Below are positions 13,069 through 25,779 of a stretch of 64,000 nucleotides of DNA, in pieces. Location: the NCBI GenBank assembly GCA_013265495.1, contig MU058781.1, positions 8,909,009 to 8,973,008 of the forward strand. Direction: 5' to 3'. Origin of the DNA: Vicugna vicugna (Eukaryota). The position numbers were made by a program, and so were the translations under genes. Each line of letters opens with the position of its first letter. Position 1 is the first letter of the stretch. The notes beneath the pieces are model-generated. The model searched no databases. It had not been told where the DNA came from and saw only the letters and a program-made list of their open reading frames with translations.

Positions 13069-13325
13069 CTGGATGGACCTAGAGATTATCATACAAAGAG
13101 AAGTAAGTCAGAGAAAGACAACTATCGTATGATATCACTTATATGTGGAATTCAAAAAAAAAAACAAAGGAATTGATACAAATGAACTTATTTACAAACC
13201 AGAAATAGACTCTCAGACATACAAAACAAACTGTGGTTACCAAAGTGGGTAGGGGATGGAAAGGAATAAATTAGGAGTTTGGGATTAACATATACACACT
13301 ACTACATATAAAATAGATAAACATA
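13069..13325 (+). mobile_element. L1 3'-region fragment lacking a 3' tail (part of a local duplication)
   Basis: tggatggacctagagattatcata...ggagtttgggattaacatatacacactac, ending abruptly. Confidence 0.88.
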
Positions 13326-16089
13326 AATTAGGCAATATATTTACATGAACAGGATGAACTAAAATTTTTTTTCTTGGCTTTTGCAAGATTATAAATGTAT
13401 GAGATTCAGTGGTAGAATCACCTGAGCTACACGAGAGAGACCTTAGACTTTTAGATGAAAGTTCAGTTGTGTATGTCTGTATTTTCTATTCCATTGAGTC
13501 TGCCTTCATTAGTCTTCATTAATATTAAGTAATTCTGTTGGTATTTTTTAATTGTGGCTGAGATTCTAAGTCTGCCTAGAAAAGGTAACTTAAGTTTAAA
13601 AAGTCATTGTTTCTTAGGAGATTGTGCAAGACAGGTTTGGAAGCTAATGGATTTAAGAAATCTCTGGAACTTACTTGTGAAACCTTCATTAAATATTCTT
13701 CTTTTGGACTTAATAATTCTGAGTCTTAGACTTAGCTACAGGTCAGCAAGGTTATTCTGTTTTCAGTGGAGAATATTAATTTACTCTACTGGCTTTTGAC
13801 TGAGCCTGGCTCACCATAAGGCCAAGGCGTGTGCCAAGGACCCTGGAAGGTGCCTGAAGTTTAGGGCTTTGCAGCTTGTTCCTGCCTTTTGCTCCTGCTG
13901 GTACCGTTGATGCCCTGTTTCCTAATGGTCATGAGATTGCTCCCTGGACAAGGCCAGGACCTCTTCTGCTCCACAGGAGAAAGTCCAGTCCACCCCCACC
14001 CCCCGCCCTTACCTACTCGCAGTCCGTCCTCAACGTTATTTTATATGTTCCCAAACTGTTTCCCTGTGGAATTGCTTTTCCCTGTAGCCTCTTTATCTTT
14101 CTTTGTGTTTTTGTTGTTCTGAGCATCATAAGATAAACTTAACAGCAACCGAGTGTGTGTGTCAGTGTGTGGGTTTGAACCTGTACCAAACTATCTGAAT
14201 TTGGAAACATTTGAAGAAGCTGGTTGGATCACTTTTTTTTTTTAATCCTTTCTAAGGTGATCACTCCCCTTTATCCCACTCTCACACTTAAAGACTAAAG
14301 GAAGAGTGGGCGATGTTTGGAGCTTTGAAGAACGTGGAAGTAACAAGAATGAGGGTTAAGCCTCCGCTGTGTAGGGAAGAGTTGGCCCATGTCCATCTGT
14401 TGGCTTTGCCAGTAGGTTCAGGCCCTTTGGTTGTCTTCCATCTTGAACCTGAAATGGTAGAGAATTTAACAAACGTGACTAATGTGGAGTAAATCGAAGC
14501 AGAGTGTCTTGCCAAGATATCCTGAAAGACAGTAAGTACTGTTTTTAAGAGAGAAGTGCTCTCGGGGGCATAAAAAGTGAGAGCCTGGATGTGGACTGAC
14601 AAAGCAGCTCACCACCCAGGAACCTCTTCAGGAGACGCAGTGAAACCCCACAGGAAAGAGCTGGCACCAGTGACACCACCATTCATTTTTACTGCCACGG
14701 TGGGTTTTTTTTAGGTCGGGGAGAGCTTACTCCTGATTCCTCTCAGCTTGAATCATTCTTCAGAAGATCCCAGCCTTCCCTCAGGGTACCCCTAATTTTC
14801 TGGCCTCTGAATCTGACCTCTTACCTGCCTGCCACAGAGCAGTGCCTAACTTTTTGTTAAGCCCTGATGGGACATTGATGAACTGAATTCCATTGTCCTG
14901 TAAATCAGCTTCATGTAGTCAAACCACAGGACCAGACTTGCACTAGACATGCGGGGCTGTAACCCAGGATGGAGCCATGTTTTGATCAGGGTGGCAAAGA
15001 TAAGGAGAGCACAGATTTTTGTTGATACCTGAACTCTTTCATACGACTCTTCTGTTAATTACAAGCCACTGTAAGAAAAATCAGGTTATACTTTGGAACC
15101 ATGGTTTGTCTTGGGAACCTTCATATTTCAAGTTTTCTAAAATAACCTAACTGTAGGACTGTGAAGAGTCAGAGGTGATTTGAGAGCCTTGAGTCTTAAT
15201 TTGTACTTCATCGTGACCTTACAGAAAATCTCTTTTTTAAACCTTCTGTAGAAAAAGTGTAATAACTTGTTTCTAACATTTTTTAATTTCTCGCTTTCAT
15301 TTTGACATTTATTTTTATCCTGCTTCTTTTATGAATGTATAATTACCAAAACAGTAGGAAGATGTGTGGTTGTAAGTTTTTCTCTCAGATGCTGAATGGT
15401 GGTGGGTATTAGGGTTGAGAAGGGCTGAGTGAATTTATATTAAATACAAAGAATGCAAATTGTATCCTTTGGAAAGTCATCTTTATTATATTTTAGTCTA
15501 ACTTTTTTTTCAGTTATGATTACACACCTTGTTTTATTGAGAAGATCTATATAATTCTTTTATGCCTTTTATATGAAGTTGATTTATTACAATTGTAATA
15601 TTCAATTTGAACTCACTTTTTATTACCTGAATCACAATTTTTGAACTGAGTAGACTCTTTGGAGTAACTTCTACAGTTAGAGAACCTTATAATGATCTAT
15701 CTTATCTTTTAATCTTATTTCTTTCTGTGATAACTATGATTCATTAATAACTCCATATTTATAACCCTCCAGGGGATTTACAAGTATAATTCCAAGTGTT
15801 AGAGCTAATGTTAAATGTGTATTGTGATCAACAGAATATATTTGGCAATTTAACATGGCACTCTTCGAACTCCTGCCTGTTAGAATCGTGTTTATTTCAT
15901 AATTAAGGACTAACAAACTAAATGTGAGCAGATAAGCATTCAAATGGATAAAAATCTTTCTGCTAATCACGTGTTCTCTGAAATCTTATAACCTATGATA
16001 AACGTTCTGATCCTTAATTTTTGCTGCCCATAACAAAGTGCCTTCACAGAAGTGGTATGTAAGATTAGAAGTTATATGGCAGGGAAAAG

Positions 16090-16320
16090 AAACTTCCATT
16101 GTTTGAATGTTAATTTGTGCCAGAACTGTAGTCTGTGCTTTTCATGTACTTTGTCTCATGTTATTCTTCCAACAATACTTTTAGGTATCTGGTCTTATTT
16201 CTTACTTTACAGAGGAAGTAGCTGAGGCTCAGAGAAGTTAAGTAAACTTGCCCAAGGTTACATAACTACTAAGTAAAATGCCTGAGACTTAGAGTTCACT
16301 CTTTCTCACTCTTTGCCCCA
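16090..16320 (-). mobile_element. MIR SINE
   Basis: Core tttacagaggaagtagctgaggctcagagaagttaagtaaacttgcccaagg. Confidence 0.85.
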
Positions 16321-16474
16321 TGCTCATATAAACAGTAAAATAAATGTTTATCCCGGAAATTCAAAGCAAGTTTAGAACATTTTGACCAAAAAAGTATTGG
16401 TTTCCAAAGTTGTTTTTCTATCGTAACAGTGATTTTTTTTATAGGCCCTATAAATTTTTTAAATATTTTAAATT

Positions 16475-16570
16475 TTAATTAATTTTTTAAATTGAAGTAT
16501 AGTTGATTTACAATGTTGTGTTAGTTTCTGGTGTACAGCATAGTGATTCAGTTATACATATATATATTCA
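16475..16570 (-). mobile_element. Short L1 3'-tail fragment
   Basis: attgaagtatagttgatttacaatgttgtgttagtttctggtgtacagcatagtgattcag. Confidence 0.85.
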
Positions 16571-16679
16571 AGATCCTGCATTTAGTTGTCATGTCTCTCT
16601 TTAGTCTTCTTTAATTGAGACCATTCCTCAGTTTGTTTTTCTTTCTTTCTTTCCTTCCTTCCTTCCTTCTTTTGTGTCT

Positions 16680-16845
16680 TTTTTTTTTAATTGAAGTACA
16701 GTCAGTTACAATGTGTCCATTTCTGGTATCCAGCACAATGTCCCAGTCATGCATATACATACATACAGTCATTTCATGTTTTCTTCATTAAAGATTATTG
16801 CAAGATATTGAACACAGTTCCCTGTGCTATCCAGAAGAAACTTTT
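16680..16845 (-). mobile_element. Short camelid-type L1 3'-tail fragment next to a (TTTC/TTCC)n tract
   Basis: attgaagtacagtcagttacaatg...ttccctgtgctatccagaagaaa. Confidence 0.85.
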
Positions 16846-16847
16846 TC

Positions 16848-17114
16848 CTGCTAGTCAGGAGGAGCAGGTGTCACTGTTAATGATCTTAGTGCTTTTCTAG
16901 ATATGAAGAGATGCAAGAATTTGGGCTTGTACGATTTTCTTCTGAAAATATCTATCCGAAGGCCTGTTATGCCAGTTTTTCCCAGAGCACAGAGCACCTC
17001 ATTCCTGATCTCCACCCTGAACTCCTTTCAGGGTGTGTTGAAGGTCCATGACTGCAGCAGCTCATGATTGAATCCCTGCAGAGGGAGATGGCAAGTGCCA
17101 ATTTTTAGTTGGCA
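16848..17114 (-). mobile_element. Cetartiodactyl ERV1-type LTR fragment (MER41-like of cow/pig)
   Basis: The reverse complement begins TGCCAACTAAAAATTGGCACTTGCCATC and contains CACACCCTGAAAGGAGTTCAGGGTGGAGATCAGGAATGAGG. Confidence 0.75.
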
Positions 17115-19857
17115 GTGTAGATGCCACCAGTCAAAACTGAAGTTTATGTGAACTGAAGTAATGGTTAGAAGCCAATAGCCAGTGTTGTTTTCTGGTGTCG
17201 CTCTGTGACATACCGGTGTGAAATTCATCGTCATTCTTTGAATTCATGGAGGGGTACATCTAGTCATTTATGAAGAAAGATTATGAGGGCTACGTATGTT
17301 AGTAACTATAGCTAGACAGACATTTGTTACACTTTAACTTGTGATAAGACAATGAATACAAGTGATACTATTGAACTGTGACAGTTATGTTAATTGAAGA
17401 CTAATTAAGAAGCTTGCATGTTCATAATAGGAGCCAACATTTATTACGTGATGACTATATGCAGACACTGTATTGAACATTTTATTGACATTTCATCTCA
17501 TCTTTATGGACTTTGACATTGATGAAAGTTACTTTAAGCATAACTCCTTTGAAGTCATCATAGGTAGTTTATTGAGCTTTTTCTAAGAGTTTCTTGTCAT
17601 TTTGCACTGTAAACATGCATGTATGTTTAAACCTACAGGATTTTTTTTTTAACACCTTAGGATCATCTCCCAGTGAAAAAGCACAAAGCGCACAATATTC
17701 ACTATGAGTGGTTGATCAGGGTCTTCTCACTTCTTAGCTCTTCCTCTTTGAAGACAGAAGGAAAGAGAGGCAAGAGATGAGAGGCTGGTTAGGATGTGAG
17801 AACCCCATCCCGGGGCTGAGTAGGAGGCCTGCTGGAAGCCCTGAGAACATGCCTCAGATGATGGGCACAGGCTCTGGAAGGCAGAGCCTGGCTGATGGGG
17901 TCGCAGCCCTTTGGCCTCCAAGGAGGTCTTGGGTGGACTTAGTTGAAGTGTCATGTTCTGTCTGTATTCTCATTACTTACAATGGTCAGACCTGCCATTT
18001 GGTCCAGAAGCCTACACTCTGGGCATTTTTTTCCCTCCTATGTGAACATGGATTAATTTCTCTGAACGTTGTTGTGACATGAATTATATACAGCTGGATG
18101 GTCTGAAGTGTTGGAAGGGGAGGACGCAGGGCAAACCTCAGCTACGTTGTGTTCCTCCTGTCTTGCCCTTTTTCTCACTGCCTAGGCCTCTACCACCCAC
18201 CTGCCCTCCCACCCTCACCTGCACCCTTCTTGCCATTGGCTGAAAGCACTGCTTGGCTTAGAGCCAACCCCAGAAATTTCCATCCACTGGCTGTCTGTGC
18301 AGTAACCTCACTCCACAACATAAAAAAAGGATTGACTGATTTCTGAAGTGACATGAAGACAGGAGACTGGAGAAGATTGAGCTGTATATTAAATTGTCTT
18401 CTGCTTGTCAAATAAAGACTCCTTTGCCATAAAGGCCAAAGATAAAGAAAATGTGTATGTTTAATACATGGAACAAAAATAAGCCTATTTTTGACGTAAC
18501 ACTTGAGGAGAAAATAGGTCAAAAAGCCCAGCCACCCCTGAAATGAATTTCAGACTCTTAGTATTGATGGGATGGGGCAGAGAGATATCAGCGATGAGCA
18601 CACTGCTGATAGAAATGATGTTTTACAGTAGGTGCTAAATTAGATGTAGAAAATAGGGGAGTTATCACACCTACATTGTCACATCTGACCTTCCCGGTCC
18701 CAGTGGAGAAATCGTAATGAAAACGAGTTGTGGGCTTATCTGGAGATGCAGCAGTAACTGGCAGAAAACAGTTTTGCAGCTTCTCTTCAAGTGCGGTGAT
18801 ACCAGGGGTTAATTCAGGGTCATGAAGGAGATGCATTGGTTTTGATCAGTTTTTTAGAACTGTAGAGCAGTTTATCTGTGGGTCAGAGAAATTTAGTTTC
18901 CTCCATTCTTTTTTCATCCTTTTTTCCCCTTGGATGCAGTGTGGATTAGCCTCTGGAAGGCAGTCTGAGGTTAGAAGCGTTAACAGAGTTTGCGCCGAAC
19001 CAGACTTTACAACTGTTTCCCGATGTTGAGCCCCTGAGCTCATTGAATGTTAGATTCAGTAAAAGCGTGTTACCATCTCTCTGTAAATAAAAGTAAGAAA
19101 CATATTTAATGACAATACAGAAGGACACAGGACTCCAGGGTACTAATTAGAAAAAACCCACCTGCATTTATTTCGTCCCCTTGCAAAATATTTTTCTCTC
19201 ATAGTTAGACCTCTGATGTGACTTCCTATTTTTACTTTTTTTAATTATATAATTTGTCCTTACTAAAATAATTTATAGGCATCAGACATTATTATTAAGC
19301 AATTAGAAAAAAAATAAAACCACTTGTCCCGCCCACTCTCTAATTTCAGGTAGTTTATAGCATAGTGAAACTTTGAAGATAAAAATAAAAACATAGATGG
19401 CAGCAAATTTGTTGCCCTACACTGTTTGCTGGGTGGTGATGATGGGCCACACTTCGAGAGTTTTCACACTGTAACCGGTAATTCTAAAATAGCGCCATGA
19501 GAATGAGTGGTCGTCACGTGTTAAACGAATTTTTTAAATTTTAGAAATAACAGTGAAACCTCTTCCTGCATGGGTAATATTTATATATATGAATTGGTTT
19601 AGAAATTCTAAAAGTGTATGAAAGAAAATGTAACAGGAATTAGATCAAATACAGTTTTCTTTTCCTTTGTCAAACTATTTAGCTTCAGAGTAACCAAAGG
19701 GAGGGGAGCTGGGGTGGAGGACCTCCGTGGGGATGTAACACTTCTTCCCGCGCTGTCAGGTGTTTTGGGTGCATTATAAAAGCTAGTATCAAATATATGG
19801 ATAGCAGATCAGATTTGACTACTTTCTGAACTGTTACTGGTTGTTTTCTTTGCCTAT

Positions 19858-20045
19858 TTATTTTTTATTGAAGTATAGTCACAATGTACCAGTTTCTGGT
19901 GTACACCACAATGTCCCAGTCATGCATATACATACATATGTTCATTTTCATATTCTTTTTTCATTAAAGGTTATTACAGGATATTGAATATAGTTCCCTG
20001 TGCTCTACAGAAGAAATCTGGTTTTTTATCTGTTTTTGTATATGG
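19858..20045 (-). mobile_element. Short camelid-type L1 3'-tail fragment
   Basis: Closely similar to 16680-16845 (aatgtcccagtcatgcatatacatacata). Confidence 0.85.
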
Positions 20046-20382
20046 TGGTAAAGAGATCTCTGGGAGCATGTAGGAGGATCCAGCAAGAAAGAGAGAACCT
20101 TCGAACTATGCTTTTCAGAATGAATTTAATACATGGAGATGGTAGGGGAGGTATTCCAGGCAAAGGAAATAGCATTAGCAAGATGTGGACTCAAGAAAAT
20201 GTCAGAAACAAGACATTGTCTTTGGTGTTATTGTGGAAAGTGGGCCGAAGCCCTTATGCAATACTTGAAATCTGATTCTCTGAGCAAACAGGGAGCCTTT
20301 GCAGGTTTTTGAAGAGGAGAGTGACATGTAGTGACCATGCACTAGAGAACTCACCCTGGACTCAGGACAGACGTGTGTTAAG

Positions 20383-20558
20383 CAGTGGTTCCAAACCCTG
20401 GGTTCATCCTAGCATCATCGGCAAAGATTTTTAAAGTTCCAAATCCCAGGCTGCACCCCAGATCAGTTAAATCAGAATCTCTGGCTTCGGCCCCCAGACA
20501 TCAGTATTATTTAAATCCCCCAGTGATTCCAGCGTGCAGCCAGGATTGCACGCCAGTG
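20383..20558. mobile_element. MER5A-type hAT-Charlie MITE
   Basis: cagtggttccaaac terminus, aaatcagaatctctgg and cagtgattccagcgtgcagccagg. Confidence 0.85.
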
Positions 20559-20566
20559 ATTTAAAG

Positions 20567-20916
20567 CCGGGGTTGGCAAACTCTTTCTGTCAAGGGCTAG
20601 ATAGTAAATATTTTTGGCTTTATGGGCCTTAGGGTTGCTGTTACAGCCATGCCGGTCTGCCATTGCCACACACAAGCAGCCCTAGACAATACATGGATGA
20701 GTGAGCGTGGCTGTGTGCCAATAAAACTTTATGGGACTTTCAATTTCATGTAATTTTCACAGGCCACCAGTACTCTTGTTTGTTTGTTTCTTACTGGGTT
20801 TGTGTTTGGGTTTTTGTTTCCCCCAGCCGATTGAAAATGTAAAAACAAGCTGCAGACTGTGCAGAACTAGGCAGCCAGTCATATTTGGCCCTTAGACCCT
20901 ATTTTACCAGCTCTTG
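20567..20916. mobile_element. MER58B-type hAT-Charlie MITE
   Basis: ggggttggcaaact...tctgtcaagggctagatagtaaatatttt...ggctgtgtgccaataaaactttat. Confidence 0.85.
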
Positions 20917-21127
20917 ATTCAGAGGGTGAAAATGGGACCCAGGTAGTCCAAGAAAGAAAATACCACTGCAGTAATCCAGAGGAGAGGTGAAGGTGGTTCT
21001 CTTTGGTTGGTTGGAAGAGCAGAGTGAAGATGAGTGATATTGAATTGATATTCATAACAACCCGTGTTCCCCTGTGCTACCTCTGAGCACCCGGAGGTTG
21101 CCATACCAAGGAGCTTGGAAAGAATCA

Positions 21128-21148
21128 GTGTGTGTGTGTGTGTGTGTG
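21128..21148. repeat. (GT)10 microsatellite
   Basis: Read directly. Confidence 0.95.
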
Positions 21149-21855
21149 ATGCTTCGTGCTCTTTGACTTTGCTTTTTTGCTTTGCAGAGATTTGTTTTAT
21201 GTTGAAAGGCTATTTGTTCTCTAACTGCTTGTAATGGCTTTTCGCTTTGGCAACACTGATCACCACATAATAGTTGTCTCCTTCCTTTCTTTTGTGCCAG
21301 CCCTGCCTTTGTTTTCAAAAGAATGACCTTTCCTTGCAAACAAATGTTCTCTTTAGAAAGTAAGGTAAGCTTGATATAAGCGATATGGCAACTTATGTTT
21401 TATTTTATCAGATTACTGCTGGGTTAATGCAGAATTCCCTATTTGCATTTTCTTCCCACATCTGTTGCCTAGTTAAGGACCTGCCAGGGTAAAAGGTGCC
21501 CCTGCTCCTCTCCGACCCCTGCTGTGACAACGTGAGGCTGATTGTGGCACCTTCCTTCCCTTGAGGTTATTTTAGAAACCATAGGGCTGAAAAAAAGTCT
21601 CCCACTGACACCTGCTGTGCTTTAGAATCTGTGGTACATTTCCACGATGGCCTGGTTATTTTATTTGCGCCCCATTACAGTCAGGTGAACAAATTCACTT
21701 GTCTCTTTTCTAACTTCCACTCTTAGAGGTCTGCTGCTTTAGTGTCCTCCAAGAAATGCTTATCCTGGGAGATTCAAGAAACTAAAGAACATGGGAACTG
21801 TCCTTGAATTTGCTGTAACAGGAGGGAGAGAAGGAAATTTACTACAGTCAGCAGT

Positions 21856-22244
21856 CAGAGAAAGACAAATATCATATGATATCACTTATATGTGGAAACA
21901 ACAACAACAACAAAAATATGTATACACACACACACACATACACAAATGAACTTACTTATAAGCCAGAAATAGACTCACAGACATAAAAAACAAACTATGG
22001 TTACCAAAGGGGAAAGGAGTCGGAGAAAGGGATAAATTAGGAGTTTGGGATTAACATATACACACTACTACATATGAAATAGATAAGTAACAGGACCTAC
22101 TATATAGCACAGGGAACTATATTCAATATCTTGTAAAAACCCAAAAATATTTATATATAAAACTGAATCACTTTGCCATATACCTGAAATTAACACAACA
22201 TTGTAAATCAGTGATACATCAGTGAAGATAAATTTTTTAAAAAG
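21856..22244 (+). mobile_element. 5'-truncated L1 3' end with 15-bp TSD
   Basis: L1 3' UTR motifs. TSD actacagtcagcagt (21841-21855) / actatagtcaacagt (22245-22259). Confidence 0.9.
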
Positions 22245-23033
22245 ACTATAGTCAACAGTGTTTATGGTCATTTCCATTATCTTGCAGATCTTACTAGAAA
22301 GTAAGAGGTGAAAAGACACATAAAGTCAGGGCAGCTTTATTTTTCTTTACTTTTCCTACCACCCTCACAGTAGAGTTGTTTCTCATAGAACACGGAAGTA
22401 TTATCTATGCCTTATAAACGAAAAGCAGATGAGATTTTTGAAGAGTTTATTTCCTTGAGTATTTTGGGGGTATTTTTGATCACCAAACATATTTCACATC
22501 ATTGATTTTTTTTTTAATTTCTAAATTTTGAGGTCCCCATTCCATGGACATGTTTTTCCTCCTTCTCAGTGATCTTGAGTGATTATTATCATCTTAGGGA
22601 CACCATCCAAAAATGTTGAGTATGAACGTGAGGTTGTGATTGAGTGCTGATAATGTCAAGTGCTTTTAATTAAGCTTCTAATGTTTTATACATAGATAAC
22701 AAAATAAAGGTTCATGTTTATTAAATTAGCTTTCCATTTATTTTTCAAAAGCTCTCACCATGTAGAGAACTTAATACATAACAGCAGCCTGTCTCCGCAG
22801 CCAAAGCCTCAGGGTGCCCCAGAGGAATTCCTACAGAGAATCCGTTTTTAAGTAAAGGAAGGGATCAAGGAATAAGGCAAGGCTACAGGCATAATATGGA
22901 GGTTAAGAATGAAGGTGCCTGATAGACTTCAGAACCCAGAATGGCGACAGCTGGAAGTTGGGGGTGGGGTGGGGGGCTGATCTAGAAGAATAGAGGTCAA
23001 CAGCTGGAAAAGACCTTAGGGATCATCTTGGCT

Positions 23034-23180
23034 AGTGGTTTTCAACTTTGGCTGCTCATTGGAAAACTCAAGAGCATTTAAATAATACACTTCATAGGTC
23101 CCACTGTGCCAATTAAATCAGCATCACTGGGGCCTAGGGCTGGAGCACTGGTACACTTAAAGGCTCCCCAGTGAGTCCTG
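23034..23180. mobile_element. MER5-type MITE fragment
   Basis: agtggttttcaactttggctgc...aattaaatcagcatcactgggg. Confidence 0.7.
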
Positions 23181-23210
23181 GCATTTTAGAGCTGGTCGAT
23201 ATTAGCTAGT

Positions 23211-23412
23211 CAAGGGTTTCTCAACCTCAGCACTGTTGACATTCGGGGCTGGATGGCTCTTTAGTTGCGGGGAGGGCTGTCCTGTGCACTGTAGGCCTCT
23301 ACTCAGTAGATGCCAATAGCAACCCTTCCCGAGTGTGACAACCAAAAATGTCCTCACACATTGCCGTTGTGTGTCCAGCGAGGGGCAAAATGGCCCTCGG
23401 TGAGGACCACTG
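23211..23412. mobile_element. MER20 hAT-Charlie MITE
   Basis: tttctcaacctcagcactgttgacatt...ctgtcctgtgcactgtagg...tgtgacaaccaaaaatgtc...tgaggaccactg. Confidence 0.9.
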
Positions 23413-23414
23413 AT

Positions 23415-23530
23415 CTAGTCTCATCTCCCCATTTTACAAATGAGTAAACAGGCCCACAGTGGGAAGAAGTTTGCCCAAAGACTGTGCTGAGTTAAGCTAA
23501 GAATCTAGAGTGGCCCCCAAAAGTCTGATT
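23415..23530 (-). mobile_element. MIR/MIR3 fragment
   Basis: cccattttacaaatgagtaaacaggcccaca...tttgcccaaag. Confidence 0.7.
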
Positions 23531-23849
23531 ATTCAATTTAAAAGGTGATTTTTATAGACAAAGACTTATATTTTGTATAAACCTAATTTTAATGAAATGT
23601 AAAAAAAAAAAAGAAAGAAAGAAAAAGTCATGCAATATTGGCAATACATCAAAGGTAAAGAGAACCACCTTTATATGTGAGTGGGTATTAGGCCAATCTG
23701 CCCAAGAAGTTCTTGCATTGGTGAGTGCACCACGGACTACTAGCAGGAGCACAAAAGTGTGGTGAGACAAAATATATGAGTTTTAATTTCATTGGTATAA
23801 AACTCAGAATAGAAGTCTAGAGTAGAGTACAGATCAAGGAATATACAGC

Positions 23850-24190
23850 CTTGAAAAAGCAGAAGGTTCTGTCACAGGCTACATTATGATGAACCTATGG
23901 ACATTATGCTGAGTGAAAGAAGCCAATCACAGAAGAACAAACACTGTATGATCCCACTTATATGAAGTGTCTAAACTCATAGAAGCAGAGAGTAGAATGG
24001 TGGTTGCCCAGGACAGGGGGAGAGGGGAGGAGCCGGGAGTTGCTGTGTAGTGAGTGTAGAGTTTCAGTCATGTGAGATGAAAAAGTTCTGAAAAGTTGTA
24101 CAACAGTAGTTAACAGTACTGTGTTGTGCACTTATATGTTTGTTAATAGGGTAGATCTTATGTATTTCCCACAATTAAAAAATAAGTAAG
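23850..24190 (+). mobile_element. L1MB-type 3' end
   Basis: gacattatgctgagtgaaagaagccaatcacagaag...agagtagaatggtggttgcc...acaattaaaaaataa. Confidence 0.85.
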
Positions 24191-24289
24191 TGAATAAAGT
24201 CTCCCCCGTGATTCTAACCTGCAACCACGGTTGAAAACTGTGGTTTAATCCAGCCCACTCATTTTACAGCAGTCAGAGAGCTATTCTTC

Positions 24290-24850
24290 TCTTGGATTTT
24301 AACCTGAATTTTCTTATGTCCTTAATACTCCCTGTGCGATCACATCCTTCTCCTGCTTTAAATCACACCCATTGCCTCATGACTCCCAAATCTGCGTCCC
24401 ACATGTCTCTTCTTAGCACCACACCCTTGTATCTGACTTCCTTCTCGTTAACTCTCCCAGTGTCTCCCAGCCAGCCACATCAAACACTGAATTTGAAACC
24501 CAATTTCCCTCCCTTCCCCCATCCCCAAACCTACTTGTCAGTCTAGATTCCTTACCTCAGTGCAGGACACCTCCCCCACCTCAGCCCTCCATGCTGGAAA
24601 TCTTGGCGTCTTCCTCTGGTCTCCTGTCTGCCCAGACGCACCCATCCCACCTCTCCGCTGTCTCTCACATCATCTCACCTCCTCTCCTTGCACCTCGCTT
24701 CATCTGAGATGCTGTTATTTTTTCCAAACCACCTCAGCATCCTCTCGCAGTCTTCGACCTCTGACCTTCCTGTGCGCTCCATACTTAACACCATTAGGAA
24801 GCTCTTTTTGAAACACAAATGTGATCATTTGTCACATATCTTGCATCATG
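24290..24850 (+). mobile_element. L2 LINE remnant
   Basis: C/T-rich stretch with tgactcccaaatct, gctggaaatcttggcgtc and tttttgaaacacaaatgtgatcat. Strand is uncertain. Confidence 0.6.
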
Positions 24851-25779
24851 TGCTCTAATCATTTAGCCGTTTTCTTTGATTCATCAAAGCTGCCTCCTTT
24901 TCTGTCTGCCTTGGTGTCTATACGTGACCTACTTTCTTACAGCTTATAAATGGCAGGATCTATCTATAGACTCAGTTCTCTACTTTCTGCTTTTATCAAA
25001 AACCGACCTCCCCGGTACACTACACTACTTTCCGTCTTCAGCCAAACGCGATCCCATTTCAGACTGAGCTTAATGGGCCCCGCGTTGCCCACACCCTGAC
25101 TACGGGCAGCTGCCCCTGCAGGAAGCACAACAGAAGATCCCAAGAGAAACATCAGACCTGCCTTAGCATCAGAACACATCCTCGGTCGTTAAGGCCTTCC
25201 CTTACTCTTGAGGCTTCCTTGCTGCTTCGTTTCTCATCCGTGACTTCAGTGTCTCTTAATGTTTTTGCTAAGTCCTTGTTTTCACTTTGACCCTCTTGGT
25301 TCCTAGTTCTTCACCATTAACCCTTTTGACTCTCAGGCATTTATTATCTTGCAACTCTTGGCTGTTTCCCCCCTTTTGCCTCAGGATTTGGTTCTGTGAC
25401 TTCCCTATGGGATACCTGTCCCTGGCATGTGGTAACTGACCAGGCCTCCATCCCTGGGCTTTATATTACCTGGAATTTTGACTCCAGTCTCTTAGAAGGT
25501 ATTTAGAGCCTAAGTCCTAACTCTCCTAGTCCTCAGGGCACCGTCATTGCTCCATTGTCTCCTTTACCCCGCATGACCCAAAGGTCAGCCACTCAGAACC
25601 TGATTGCCCAGTTGGTGACGTGCCTTGGCCCCCTATCCTCTCACTCTTACTTCCCTGCTGCTTTTGCCAGTCAATCGGTTACCCAGGCTCTCTGCCAGAA
25701 AGGGAGCAGGAAAACCTAAGTGTGTTGAAACTCTCCTTTCCTAGCATATCAGTTACACATTAAAAACAAAACAAAACAA

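Noticed and set aside
22960..22976. G-rich run as a G-quadruplex
   Set aside because: It has only three separated G-tracts.
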